A stretch of DNA of 64,000 nt. Origin: Ostreococcus lucimarinus (lineage: Eukaryota). The notes under the pieces were generated by a model. It was not told the origin of the DNA, searched no databases, and was given only the letters and a program-made list of their open reading frames with translations. Of the stretch, positions 1 through 9,158 are shown piece after piece; within the stretch, counting starts at the first letter, position 1; each line of letters starts with the position of its first letter. Made by a program: the position numbers and the translations under genes. The stretch lies in the NCBI GenBank assembly GCA_000092065.1, contig CP000581.1; one strand, written 5' to 3'.

Positions 1-978
1 TTGAGCGAGAAGAACGTTGGGTTGGCGTCGACGTGCAACGCGATCGGGCAAATGGTCGGGTTTTTCGTGTGCTTCACGGGATTTTTGGTGCTGAACTCGT
101 ACGGGGTAGATCTCGGGGCGTTTATATCGTTCTGGGGGTATGTCTTCATCGCTTCGTCGGTGTTCGTGTACGCCACGAAGGAGGTGCGGTGCGAGACGCA
201 GATGAGCGTGAAGAAGGCGTACGCGCAAGCGTTTTCCATTCTGCGATTACCCGCGGTGCTCAAGTTGAGCGCCGTGTTACTCACGCGATTCGTGGCGTTT
301 AGCGCGTCCGAGACGCTGACGACGCTCAAGTTATTAGAGAAAGGCGTGCCGAAGACGCACATTGCCACCATGTCCGCGCTAATGACTCCGCTCAACTTGG
401 CCATGCCCATGCTGACTCGAAAATGGACCGCCGGGGCGCGGCCGTTGGACACCATCACCAAGACTTGGGTGTGGCGCGGCGTCGCGTGCGCGTTCGCGGC
501 GCTGCTCGTGTTTTACGCTCCCGATGTGACATCGAGCGGGACGATCCCGTACGGGTACTACGCTTTCTTATTCGCCTGGCTGTCCGTATACAGCGCATTC
601 AGCAACGCGCATTTCATTTCATTTATGGCGTTTTACAACCGCGTCTCCGATGCGGACATGGGCGGCACGTACATGACAATCTTAAACACCGTCAGCAATC
701 TCGGCGCCAAGTGGATGGAGAGCGTCACGTTGTTCACAATCGATCGAGTGAATACGAACGTGTGCGTCGCGAAAGGTACGCGCGAGATCATCGGCAGTTG
801 CGCCACGGATGCGTTGAAGGCGGCGTGTAAAGGTAAGTGCGCGACGACGGATACGCCGTACTACATCGTCGTGATGCTTTCGCCAGTCATCGCTTACGCG
901 TGGTTAAGGCTCACGCGTAAGACGATCGATTGGTTATCGCAGGCTCAGAAGTCGCACTGGCGCGTGAAGCAGGCGTAG
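1..978 (+). CDS. Acetyl-CoA transporter (SLC33A1/AT-1 family), C-terminal ~320 aa. Partial: the 5' end lies outside the window and the track's first 'M' is a TTG.
   Basis: Multi-TM ORF with AT-1-like motifs (..MGGTYMTILNTVSNLGAKW.., LMTPLNLAMPML). ORF runs from the window edge, stop at 976-978. Confidence 0.65.
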   Translation: MSEKNVGLASTCNAIGQMVGFFVCFTGFLVLNSYGVDLGAFISFWGYVFIASSVFVYATKEVRCETQMSVKKAYAQAFSILRLPAVLKLSAVLLTRFVAFSASETLTTLKLLEKGVPKTHIATMSALMTPLNLAMPMLTRKWTAGARPLDTITKTWVWRGVACAFAALLVFYAPDVTSSGTIPYGYYAFLFAWLSVYSAFSNAHFISFMAFYNRVSDADMGGTYMTILNTVSNLGAKWMESVTLFTIDRVNTNVCVAKGTREIIGSCATDALKAACKGKCATTDTPYYIVVMLSPVIAYAWLRLTRKTIDWLSQAQKSHWRVKQA

Positions 979-1010
979 CGAGTCTTTAACATCATTCCAA
1001 GCACTAGTCA

Positions 1011-1529
1011 TTACACATCGCCCAACGCTCGAGCGTCCGCCGCGAATAATTCTGGGTACTTCTCCCGCATCCCTCGCGCGCTCGTCGCCGCACCATCCGC
1101 TAGCAAAAACGCGGGTGGTGCGTTCCAATCCTCCCCACTCGGTTTCCACGCATCTTCCGCGTCGTCCTTCGTCTCCGCCGAAGCCTCGACGTCCTCTCGC
1201 AGCTCCGACACCAACCGCCTCAGGATCGCATCCGCCGCCCGCACGCGCGATGACGACGTCTCCACGCCGTCCCCATCGTCCGGCGCCGCGGACGCGAGCG
1301 GTCTCGAATGTTCGTCCGCGTCGCGCGTCGCCAGCGCGGCGCCACTCGACACATCGTATCCCAACATGCGCAGTTCCATGCGTCGTCGAACCATCGCGCG
1401 AAGCGCCGCGTCGTCGTCGCGCGCGTCGTCGCTCGCGTCGCTCGCGACGGTCAGAGCGGTGGCACGCGACGACGTCGAGGGATGACCGTCGAGGTAGGCC
1501 TCGAGACGCGCGCTGGCCTCGAGACGCAT
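1011..1529 (-). CDS. Hypothetical acidic (Asp/Ala-rich) protein
   Basis: 172-aa ORF with strongly GC-biased third codon positions in this frame. Same frame and strand as the upstream gene, 48 nt after its stop, so uncertain. Confidence 0.3.
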   Translation of the reverse strand: MRLEASARLEAYLDGHPSTSSRATALTVASDASDDARDDDAALRAMVRRRMELRMLGYDVSSGAALATRDADEHSRPLASAAPDDGDGVETSSSRVRAADAILRRLVSELREDVEASAETKDDAEDAWKPSGEDWNAPPAFLLADGAATSARGMREKYPELFAADARALGDV

Positions 1530-1577
1530 GCGCGCTGTAGAGTTGCTGAGTGACGCTCTGGTTGAAATTTAAGATTA

Positions 1578-2666
1578 CTACTCGCACTTTTCGCAATTCG
1601 AGGACGGCACGGCGATGACGAGGTCGCACTCGCCGACGTTTATCCAAACGTTTTCCATTTTGGTTTTGCTGTTCACGGTGACGTCTGCGTCGAGGTGGCT
1701 CTCGGTCGTCGGCGCATCGGCGTCCGGCGCGGAAACGTCGAATAAGTCCGTCGTCCAATCGATGAGCGTTCGAGCCGTCTTCGCGAGCTCGCGGCTCTCG
1801 CGATCGAGTCTCTTGAGATACCACGGCGGCGTTTCCGCGTGTGCGGTTTTCTCCGCGTGCGGTGGACTCGGAATCGGGCACTCCGGAGACGCCGGCGAAC
1901 TCGGCGTAACGCGGACGACGGGCGCGTCTCGCGAGAAGTCGAACCCGGTCCGACTTCGAGCGCCCGCCCAAAACGTGTTCGCTTTTGAAGAATCGATGAC
2001 TTTACCGGTCAACTTCAACGCCTTGGGAGGTGGTACGAAACTCACGGTGTTTGACTGAGGCAACGCGCCGTCGAGGGCGAGCGCTCTCGGGACGACCACG
2101 ACGCGATGCTCGTCCGTCCCGTGGTCGTCACCGTCCTCTTCATCAAACACGTAATCATTTTCATCGTACGACGTCGAAGCCTCGCACGGCGACAACGCGC
2201 ACCGCTCGAAATCTAAATTTAGCTCTTCGACGTCGGCGCTCGCGTCGATTACGTCTTCGCTCCCCGCGACCGAAGCGACTGAAGCCTCCGGTTCGCCGAC
2301 GTCTTCCGGCGTCGAAGTCGCCGCGCCGACACCATCACTCGATGACTCCACGACTGCCGTCGCGCGCTCGCGCTCCGCCGCCTCGAAAGCCGCGACTTCT
2401 TCCAAACGTTCCATGTGCTCGAACCACACGTCTGGCGGCGGGAACTGCTCGCGCAGCTCCAGCTTCACCCTCCGCACCACAGCCTTCGTCTTCGCCCGAA
2501 CCGCGATCTTCGCTCGCGACGCCTTCCCCGCGAGCCACGCCTTGGCCGCGCCCAGTCCCAGGCGCGCGCGCGCCCCGTTCGCCGTCGACGCGCCCTCTGC
2601 CGACTGTGACGATTCGCGTACTCGCGCGACATTTTCCGCCTCCACGCCGCCGTCGCGCGCCGTCAT
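1578..2666 (-). CDS. Hypothetical protein (acidic central region, Cys-containing C-terminus)
   Basis: 362-aa ORF, diverse composition, high GC3. AT-rich stop-codon-dense 3' flank (tag taa ... taa). Confidence 0.55.
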   Translation of the reverse strand: MTARDGGVEAENVARVRESSQSAEGASTANGARARLGLGAAKAWLAGKASRAKIAVRAKTKAVVRRVKLELREQFPPPDVWFEHMERLEEVAAFEAAERERATAVVESSSDGVGAATSTPEDVGEPEASVASVAGSEDVIDASADVEELNLDFERCALSPCEASTSYDENDYVFDEEDGDDHGTDEHRVVVVPRALALDGALPQSNTVSFVPPPKALKLTGKVIDSSKANTFWAGARSRTGFDFSRDAPVVRVTPSSPASPECPIPSPPHAEKTAHAETPPWYLKRLDRESRELAKTARTLIDWTTDLFDVSAPDADAPTTESHLDADVTVNSKTKMENVWINVGECDLVIAVPSSNCEKCE

Positions 2667-3000
2667 CGCGTCGCTCCGACGCGCGCGCGCGCGAATTAAT
2701 TATTACCCGCCGCGCGCGCGCGCTGCGGCGCCGCGCGATGTCGCCGCGCGCGTCGGAGCGACGCGATGTCGCCGTCGCGCGTCGTCCCCCTAACATTCGC
2801 GCGCGGTGCCATCGAAAAAATCGCGAAATCGCGATCGCGCCGCGCCGACGTCAAAAGCACGCGCGTCCTCGACGTCGCGTCGCGTTCGAGCGCATCGACG
2901 CGAGCGCACGATCGCGAGCGACGCTCGCGAGACGGTTCGCGGCGCTCGGCGCGCGCGCAGGGCTCGACGCGCGCGAAGATTCGCGTGAGGGACGGGAGAC

Positions 3001-3419
3001 ATGTGCGTTCGAAGCGACGCGGTGACGCGCGCGACGCGCGCGCGCGGCGCGGCGCGCGACGGACGACGCGACGAGGGCGCGCACAGCGCGCGAACTGGGG
3101 TGACTGACGACGGCGCGTCGCGAACGCTCGCGCTCGTAGGTTGTTTTACTCGTACTTTAAGACGCTCGTGGGGAAGCCGGTGACGGTGGAGCTGAAGAAC
3201 GATCTCGCCATCGCGGGCACGCTCGTGTCGGTGGATCAATACTTGAACATTAAGCTCGAAAACACGCGGGTGACGGATGAGGCGCGGTATCCGCACATGC
3301 GAAGCGTGAGGAATTGTTTCATTCGCGGGAGCGTCGTGCGATACGTGCAGTTGCCGGAAGCGGCGGTCGACGTGGACATTCTGCACGACGCCACGCGGCG
3401 CGAGGCGCGAGGGGCGTGA
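3001..3419 (+). CDS. LSM2: U6 snRNA-associated Sm-like protein LSm2. Model: ATG split by a phase-2 intron (exon 1 ends at A3001-T3002, intron 3003..3139, exon 2 from G3140).
   Basis: Exon 2 encodes LFYSYFKTLVGKPVTVELKNDLAIAGTLVSVDQYLNIKLENTRVTDEARYPHMRSVRNCFIRGSVVRYVQLP, near-identical to human LSm2 (MLFYSFFKSLVGKDVVVELKNDLSICGTLHSVDQYLNIKL...). No in-frame ATG immediately 5' of the track start (TTG at 3141). Upstream AT|GTGCGT at 3001-3008, CTGAC at 3094-3098, TAG|G at 3137-3140. Confidence 0.8.
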
Positions 3420-3674
3420 TATCATCGATAGCTTACCACTACCAACTTAGCGTTTTAATGTCTCCACGTCGTGGTGATTAGGTTCATCTACGCTTTGCCG
3501 TTTCAGACGCGATGTTGCTTGCGAACGACGCGCCGCGTCTGAGCAACTAAGACGACGCCGCGTTGATGTACACGATGTATGAATGATGCGTCGATATAAA
3601 TACAATGGCGCTTTACTGCGCGCCGCTAGCTAAAGATTGTTTCAATGCGATTTTCTAACCCGATTCGACCGCGA

Positions 3675-4631
3675 TCACCGCGCGATGCCGTACGGAAGCG
3701 CCGCGGCGAGGCGAGTGATTCGACGAATATCCACCGGCGGGTAGTTTTGCAACATCTTCATGCACGTCGCAAAATCGCCGTCGATAAGTTCTGAGCCGAT
3801 GTTCAGCACACACGCCACGCACAAGCGTAGCAGACACTCTTTGCGAGAACGCGGCGACGCGAGCATGACGTCCCACAGGCGCAAGACGTCCGCGAACTCA
3901 AAGTCCTGCGTGAACAGCAGCGTGATCCACCGAAATGCGTACATCGACGTCGTCAGGTTCAGATCTTCCAAGTGTCCGTGCACCTCTGGCCCGTGCACGG
4001 CCAGCATATCGCTCAACTCGTCCAACAACGCGCGGACGCCTTGATCCGTCGCGTCGAGCTCCATGACGAAGACGTCGCGAAACTCGCCGAATATCTCGGT
4101 AAAGCAATAAAATGCATCCGCCGCGGCGGCGTTCGGCGCGGCGTGCGCGTCCGCTGAATTCGCCAATACGTAATATATGCATCCATACATCTCGTGCATA
4201 CCCTGCACGTACCCGACGCCCGGATTCAACTTGGCGAACACGTACAGCGCGTTTCGCATCTCATCCTTCCTTCGCCCTCCCTCACCATCCTCACCCTCGT
4301 CGTTGAAGAAATGCATATCCGGATGCACGCGCGCGACGTCTCGATCGATCTGCTCCGCCAACTCATCCCCTCTGCGCGCGTCGATCCACGCGCCGCTCGT
4401 CGTCGTCGTCGTCGTCGACGCGCAAAACTCCTCCAAAAACCTCCCGTACTCCTCTCGTCTCGCCCGTTCCGTCGCCTCCCACCGCGCGCGCTCTTTCGGC
4501 AGGTACTCCAAGCACACCTTCCAAACCATCGCCCGCGCGCGTCCACCGTCGTCATCCGGCACGCCGCCGTCCGACGCCAACAGTTTCAACCGCCCCGCGT
4601 CCACCTCGTCGTCCCTTCCCAGCGCCTCCAT
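3675..4631 (-). CDS. TBC-domain Rab GTPase-activating protein
   Basis: Contains the RabGAP-TBC hallmarks (..IDRDVARVHPDMHFF.. Arg finger region; ..GYVQGMHE.. Gln finger). Confidence 0.8.
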   Translation of the reverse strand: MEALGRDDEVDAGRLKLLASDGGVPDDDGGRARAMVWKVCLEYLPKERARWEATERARREEYGRFLEEFCASTTTTTTSGAWIDARRGDELAEQIDRDVARVHPDMHFFNDEGEDGEGGRRKDEMRNALYVFAKLNPGVGYVQGMHEMYGCIYYVLANSADAHAAPNAAAADAFYCFTEIFGEFRDVFVMELDATDQGVRALLDELSDMLAVHGPEVHGHLEDLNLTTSMYAFRWITLLFTQDFEFADVLRLWDVMLASPRSRKECLLRLCVACVLNIGSELIDGDFATCMKMLQNYPPVDIRRITRLAAALPYGIAR

Positions 4632-4900
4632 CAGCGCCTCTCGTCGCGACGTCCCGCGCGCGCCGCTCGCGCCGAGCGCGTCCTTTTCGTCGCTTCGCGC
4701 GATCGCGCGCGCGACGCGCGCGGCGTGCGCGCGCGACTCCTCCTCGATCGTCGCCGCGCGTCGTCGCGCGCGCCGACGCTCGTTCGCGACGCGCGGCGCG
4801 CGGGACGATCGTCCGAGTCAGCGCGCGCGACGGCGACGGCGACGACGACGGCGCGCGCGCGACGACGCGACGCGCGACGCTGGCGACGCTCGCGTGCGCG

Positions 4901-5470
4901 GTGACGACGACGACGACGGCGCGCGCGCGCGCGGATTACGGCGACACGGTGTACATGAACGCGCTGCAGGGGGAGGGGAAGGATTACGGAAAGAAGGAGG
5001 TGCTGTATCCGGATTTCGAGCGCACGTCGAGCGGGCTGCAGTACAAGGACATGAAGCTCGGAAACGACGACGCGGCGACGTACGAGGGTAAATCTGGGAA
5101 AACGGCGGTGGTGGATTGGGATGGGTACACGATCGGGTACTACGGACGACCGTTCGAGGCGAGGAATAAATCCAAGGGCGGGGCGTTCACGGGGGACGAG
5201 AAGGACTTTTTTCGATTCAAGGCGGACGACGAGAAGGTGATCGGCGCGTTTCGAGAGGCGATCGAGGGAATGAAGGTGGGGAGCATTCGAAGGATTATCG
5301 TGCCCGCGAATAACGCAAAGTTGGGGTATCCCGATGGAAAGAAGTGGCGGACGATGCAGCCGCAACCGGCAAACTTTTCGGGCGAGCGGGCGTTGGGATT
5401 CGTGCTCGAAAATCAGGGCATGATTGACAAGACTCTATTGTTTGACATCGAACTCCTCGCGATTCGCTGA
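4901..5470 (+). CDS. FKBP-type peptidyl-prolyl cis-trans isomerase (thylakoid-lumen FKBP-like). The N-terminus may extend upstream.
   Basis: FKBP_C domain motifs (GLQYKDMKLG, VVDWDGYTIGYYGRPFEA, FRFKADDEKVIGAFREAIEGMKVGSIRRIIVP, LLFDIELLAI). Confidence 0.85.
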   Translation: MTTTTTARARADYGDTVYMNALQGEGKDYGKKEVLYPDFERTSSGLQYKDMKLGNDDAATYEGKSGKTAVVDWDGYTIGYYGRPFEARNKSKGGAFTGDEKDFFRFKADDEKVIGAFREAIEGMKVGSIRRIIVPANNAKLGYPDGKKWRTMQPQPANFSGERALGFVLENQGMIDKTLLFDIELLAIR

Positions 5471-5585
5471 GGAGCGCGCGCGTCGTCAACACGGGTTGGG
5501 GTCAACTTTTTGTACACCAAGCGCTTCGCGTCGGGCGCGAAGCGGGCAATTACCTTGTTTTAATAAACATCCATCCAGTTTGGCG

Positions 5586-6833
5586 TCAATTCGGCGGGTA
5601 CATCGGAGCGTACACGCCCGCGGCGAACATCGGATGCACCGCCGGCACCGCGCCGTTCGGCACGCCGGCGGCTGGCATTTCCCCCGCGGCGAAGGCGCGC
5701 ACCAGGCTCTTCGCCGCGGCGATATTGCTCTCGTGGGGACCCTTGAGCTCGACCGCGCTCGTATTCGTCTCGGGATCGGTTTCGATGAGGGACACTTGAC
5801 ATCCCGAAATTTGCGCGATGGTCGAAATGTTGTTCCCATGATCGCCCAACACGTTCGACACGGCCTCGCCCTCGACTTCGACCGTTTCGTGAATCATCGG
5901 CGGCGGCATCGCGGACGGTGGAACCGCGGGCATCATGTACATCGGAGGCATGGGCGGCGCCGCCATCATCGCCGGCGTGATGCCGACGATGGCGGGATCG
6001 GCGAACGCCATGGCCGCCGCCGCGTTCGCCGCGTACTCCGAGCGCATGTCCCTCGGCGCCGCGACGGTCGGCTGATAATACCCCAACACGCTCGAATCCA
6101 CCAAAAAGTCTCTGAGCAAATCAAACACGAGCTCCGCCGCCGCGCGCACGTCCTTCCTCGGCCCGTGAATCTCCACCACGCGGTCCTCGCTCGTGGCGCA
6201 CGGAGGCACCTGCCCGACTTCTTGCACCGCCACGTGCGCCCCGTTCGCGAGCAATCGAATTTTTCTAATATTTTCCCCACCCTTCCCGATGAGATGCCCC
6301 GCCTGACCCGCCGGCACGAGCAATCTCAGCGCCACGTGCGTCCTTCGCGGCGCCCCCGTCGTCTCGCCGTCGTTCAACCTCTTTTCCCCACCCTCGTCCC
6401 CCAAATCCGTCGATTCCCCGCCATCGCCGTCGCCGCTCGCATTTTCACACCCCCCCTCGTCCCCATCGCTCCTCTCCGCGTCCTCCGTCTCGTCGTCCGA
6501 CCCCTCGCCGCCTCGCCTCGCGTTCGACGTCAAGAATTTCACCACCATCATCGCCGCCGTCTTCGCCGCGCACGCCTCCTTCCGCGCTTCCCGCCCCCTG
6601 GGCGCGCTCACCAACACCGCCCGCTCCAACCCCTGCGTCGGCGATTCCAGCACCTTGACCGCCGCGCCCGTCTCGCCGACGATTCGTTTGACGTTCGCGC
6701 CCGATTTCCCGATCAATCCGCCCACGCGCGTCTCCGCGCACAGCACGCGGAACACCGCGTGCCCGAGCGTCGCGCGCGCGTCGTCGTCGCCGTCGCCGTC
6801 GCCGTCCGCCGTCGGCGTCGCCGCGGTCGTCAT
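5586..6833 (-). CDS. KH-domain RNA-binding protein (PCBP/hnRNP K-like, 3 KH domains)
   Basis: Three type-I KH motifs: IGKSGANVKRIVGETGAAV, IGKGGENIRKIRLLANGAHV, LGDHGNNISTIAQISGCQV. Acidic Gly/Asp linker between them. Confidence 0.8.
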   Translation of the reverse strand: MTTAATPTADGDGDGDDDARATLGHAVFRVLCAETRVGGLIGKSGANVKRIVGETGAAVKVLESPTQGLERAVLVSAPRGREARKEACAAKTAAMMVVKFLTSNARRGGEGSDDETEDAERSDGDEGGCENASGDGDGGESTDLGDEGGEKRLNDGETTGAPRRTHVALRLLVPAGQAGHLIGKGGENIRKIRLLANGAHVAVQEVGQVPPCATSEDRVVEIHGPRKDVRAAAELVFDLLRDFLVDSSVLGYYQPTVAAPRDMRSEYAANAAAAMAFADPAIVGITPAMMAAPPMPPMYMMPAVPPSAMPPPMIHETVEVEGEAVSNVLGDHGNNISTIAQISGCQVSLIETDPETNTSAVELKGPHESNIAAAKSLVRAFAAGEMPAAGVPNGAVPAVHPMFAAGVYAPMYPPN

Positions 6834-7252
6834 CGCGGCGGCGCGCGCGCGAGTGTCGCCTGGGGGGGACGGCGACCGTCCCGGTCGGTCGGTCGGTCGC
6901 CGCGCGCGTCGCGCGACGACGACGCGCGCGCGCCCGCGGCGACGCGACGCGACGCCGCGCGCGGGTCACCGAAGGCTCGATCGTCTCGGAGAATTTCGTC
7001 TCCATTTTCGCGCGTCGCGCCGCGGTCGGCGCGCGCGTCGCGGGCGTCGCGGTCGGTCGGTCGCCGCGCGCGCGACGACGACGCCGCGCGCGCGCGCGCG
7101 ACGACGGCACCGCGCGCGCCGCGGCGGGCGAGACGCCGGCGCGCCTCGCGCGCGGGCGACGGATTTTTCCCCGACGGTTTTTCGCGCGAATCCGCGCGTC
7201 GCGACGACGCGCGACGACTCGGCGCGTCACATCGCGACGACGCGAACGACCG

Positions 7253-9043
7253 ATGGCGCGACGAATGACGACGACGCGCGCGGCGACGACGACGCGCGCG
7301 GCGACGACGACGGCGGCGCGACGGCGCGCGCGAACGGCGACGCGATGTCGCGCGAACCGCGACGACGCGCCGTCGGCGCGGACGACGCGGTTGCTCGAAG
7401 ACGTCGCGACGACGAACGCGACGGCGACGACGCGCGACGCGCGAGGCGCGGGCGCGCAGACGACGCTGGACGGATTGCGCGCGCTGGACGCGGCGTGGGC
7501 GAAGATGCGCCGCGGTGACGCGACGGCGACGGCGACGGCGACGGCGGCGTTCGCGAAGCGACGGGAAGGCGCGAGCGACGCGCGCGGGGAGACGTACGAC
7601 GTCGCGGTGGCGGGCGGGACGCTGGGGGTGCTCGTCGCGGCGGCGCTGCAGAGACGAGGCGCGAGGGTGGTGGTGGTCGAGCGAGGGGAGCTGAGAGGAC
7701 GCGAACAGGAGTGGAACGTGTCGAGGGAGGAGTTGGAGCGGTTGGTGCGCGTCGGTGCGATCACGACGGAGGACGCGGACGCGTGCACGCGCATCGAGTT
7801 TAATCCGATTCGGTGCGGGTTTCACGGCGGAGGGAACGGGAACGGGAACGCGGGCGATTTGGTGACGAGGGACATTTTGAACACCGGGGTGTCGCCCGCG
7901 GCGCTCGTCGAGGCGTGTCGGAAGAGATTCGAAGAGGCGGGCGGCGCGGTGCTGGAACGAGCGTCGCTGCGCGGCGTCGAAGTGTACGACGACTGCGCGG
8001 TTCTCGACGTGGACGGCGTGCCCGTGCGCGCGCGGCTGGTTTTAGATTGCATGGGGTTTCAATCGCCCATCGTGCGTCAAATCAGAGACGATAGAAAACC
8101 GGACGGCGTGTGCGTCGTCGTCGGAAGTTGCGCCGAGGCGGACGCGTTCGACAACTCGTCGGCGGATTTGATTCGCACCGTCACGGACATCGAGGAAGAC
8201 TATAGAGGACAATACTTTTGGGAGGCGTTTCCCGCGAGCACCGGGCCGCGAGATCGCACGACTTACATGTTCACGTACATGGACGCCGATGAAAGTCGCC
8301 CGAGCATCGCGTCGATGCTCGACGATTACTGGGACCTCATGCCTTTGTATCAAGGCTTGGATTCAATCGAAGACGCCAAGCTCAAACGCGTTTTATTCGG
8401 GTTGTTTCCGACGTACAGAGACTCGCCGCTGAAGACGGAGTTCGATCGCGTGCTCGCGATCGGCGATGCGAGCGGCATCCAATCTCCGTTGTCCTTTGGC
8501 GGCCTCGCCGCGATTTTGCGCCACATCTCGCGAATCACGGGCGCGTGCGAAGAGGCGTTGGACGCCGACTGCCTCGACCGCGAAGCCCTGAGAACGGTGA
8601 ACGCGTACCAGCCGGCGTTATCGGCCGCGTGGTTGTTCCAAAAATGCATGAGCGTCGAGGTCGGATCGCGCCCGAAACGCGACTTCATCAACCGACTCAT
8701 GCGAATCAACTTCAACGTGATGAGCCGCCTCGGAGAAGACGTCTTGCGCCCCTTTCTCCAAGACGTCGTCACTTTCAAAGGCTTGGGCAAAACCTTAGTC
8801 TCCATGACCCTGACAGAACCGTTATTCGTCCCCGAGATCCTCATGAACGCCGGCGTGGGTCCCATTTTAGATTGGTTCAAGCACTTCGCCGCGCTCGGCG
8901 CGTACGATTTCTTGGCTTCGCCAGCCGCCGCTCTGGCCGATACGGTCAAAGACTTCAGCGCGGTTTCTCCGCGCCGTCGTTTCATCATTCGTCGTCAGTG
9001 CGAAGCCATCATTTACGGTGCCGGTCGCGACGTCATCCCTTAA
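7253..9043 (+). CDS. FAD/NAD(P)-binding oxidoreductase with organellar presequence (lycopene-cyclase/CruP-family-like; functional assignment tentative)
   Basis: Arg/Ala/Thr-rich N-terminus, then the Rossmann dinucleotide motif YDVAVAGGTLGVLVAAALQRRGARVVVVERG, then a long conserved-looking globular region. Confidence 0.7.
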   Translation: MARRMTTTRAATTTRAATTTAARRRARTATRCRANRDDAPSARTTRLLEDVATTNATATTRDARGAGAQTTLDGLRALDAAWAKMRRGDATATATATAAFAKRREGASDARGETYDVAVAGGTLGVLVAAALQRRGARVVVVERGELRGREQEWNVSREELERLVRVGAITTEDADACTRIEFNPIRCGFHGGGNGNGNAGDLVTRDILNTGVSPAALVEACRKRFEEAGGAVLERASLRGVEVYDDCAVLDVDGVPVRARLVLDCMGFQSPIVRQIRDDRKPDGVCVVVGSCAEADAFDNSSADLIRTVTDIEEDYRGQYFWEAFPASTGPRDRTTYMFTYMDADESRPSIASMLDDYWDLMPLYQGLDSIEDAKLKRVLFGLFPTYRDSPLKTEFDRVLAIGDASGIQSPLSFGGLAAILRHISRITGACEEALDADCLDREALRTVNAYQPALSAAWLFQKCMSVEVGSRPKRDFINRLMRINFNVMSRLGEDVLRPFLQDVVTFKGLGKTLVSMTLTEPLFVPEILMNAGVGPILDWFKHFAALGAYDFLASPAAALADTVKDFSAVSPRRRFIIRRQCEAIIYGAGRDVIP

Positions 9044-9158
9044 TTCGACTCGACTCGACCGTTCTCGTAGTCGTAGCGCTGTAAAACACGCGAGCCCGCG
9101 CGAGGCGTTTCCCGCAGCCAGCCCGCGCGGACGTCATTCGCGCGCACGCGGGATCACC

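Noticed and set aside
2681-2722. GC-clamped AT island GCGCGCGCGCGAATTAATTATTACCCGCCGCGCGCGCGC as a special element
   Set aside because: It is imperfectly symmetric and lies in an ordinary divergent promoter. It is probably just a TATA-like AT patch, with nothing to support more.
2030-3025. Long Arg/Pro/Ala-rich ORFs throughout the track (e.g. 2030..3025+, 5424..7268+, 6445..7794-, 9167..10312-, 11369..12328-, 17297..18463+, 18848..19699-, 25144..26238-, 36348..37538-, 37655..38569+, 49027..50067-, 51594..52826-, 53265..54242-, 57752..58930-, 61631..63181+, 62665..63957-)
   Set aside because: Extreme Arg/Ala/Pro composition, no recognisable domains, and each lies antisense or out of frame to a well-supported gene. 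These are the expected stop-codon-poor spurious frames of very GC-rich DNA.
3141-3143. TTG/GTG 'M' starts in the ORF track (LSm2 3141, AT-1 at position 1, NUP42-like 19304, methyltransferase exon 27407)
   Set aside because: The ORF finder evidently allows bacterial alternative starts. These are nuclear genes, so real starts are upstream ATGs or upstream exons.
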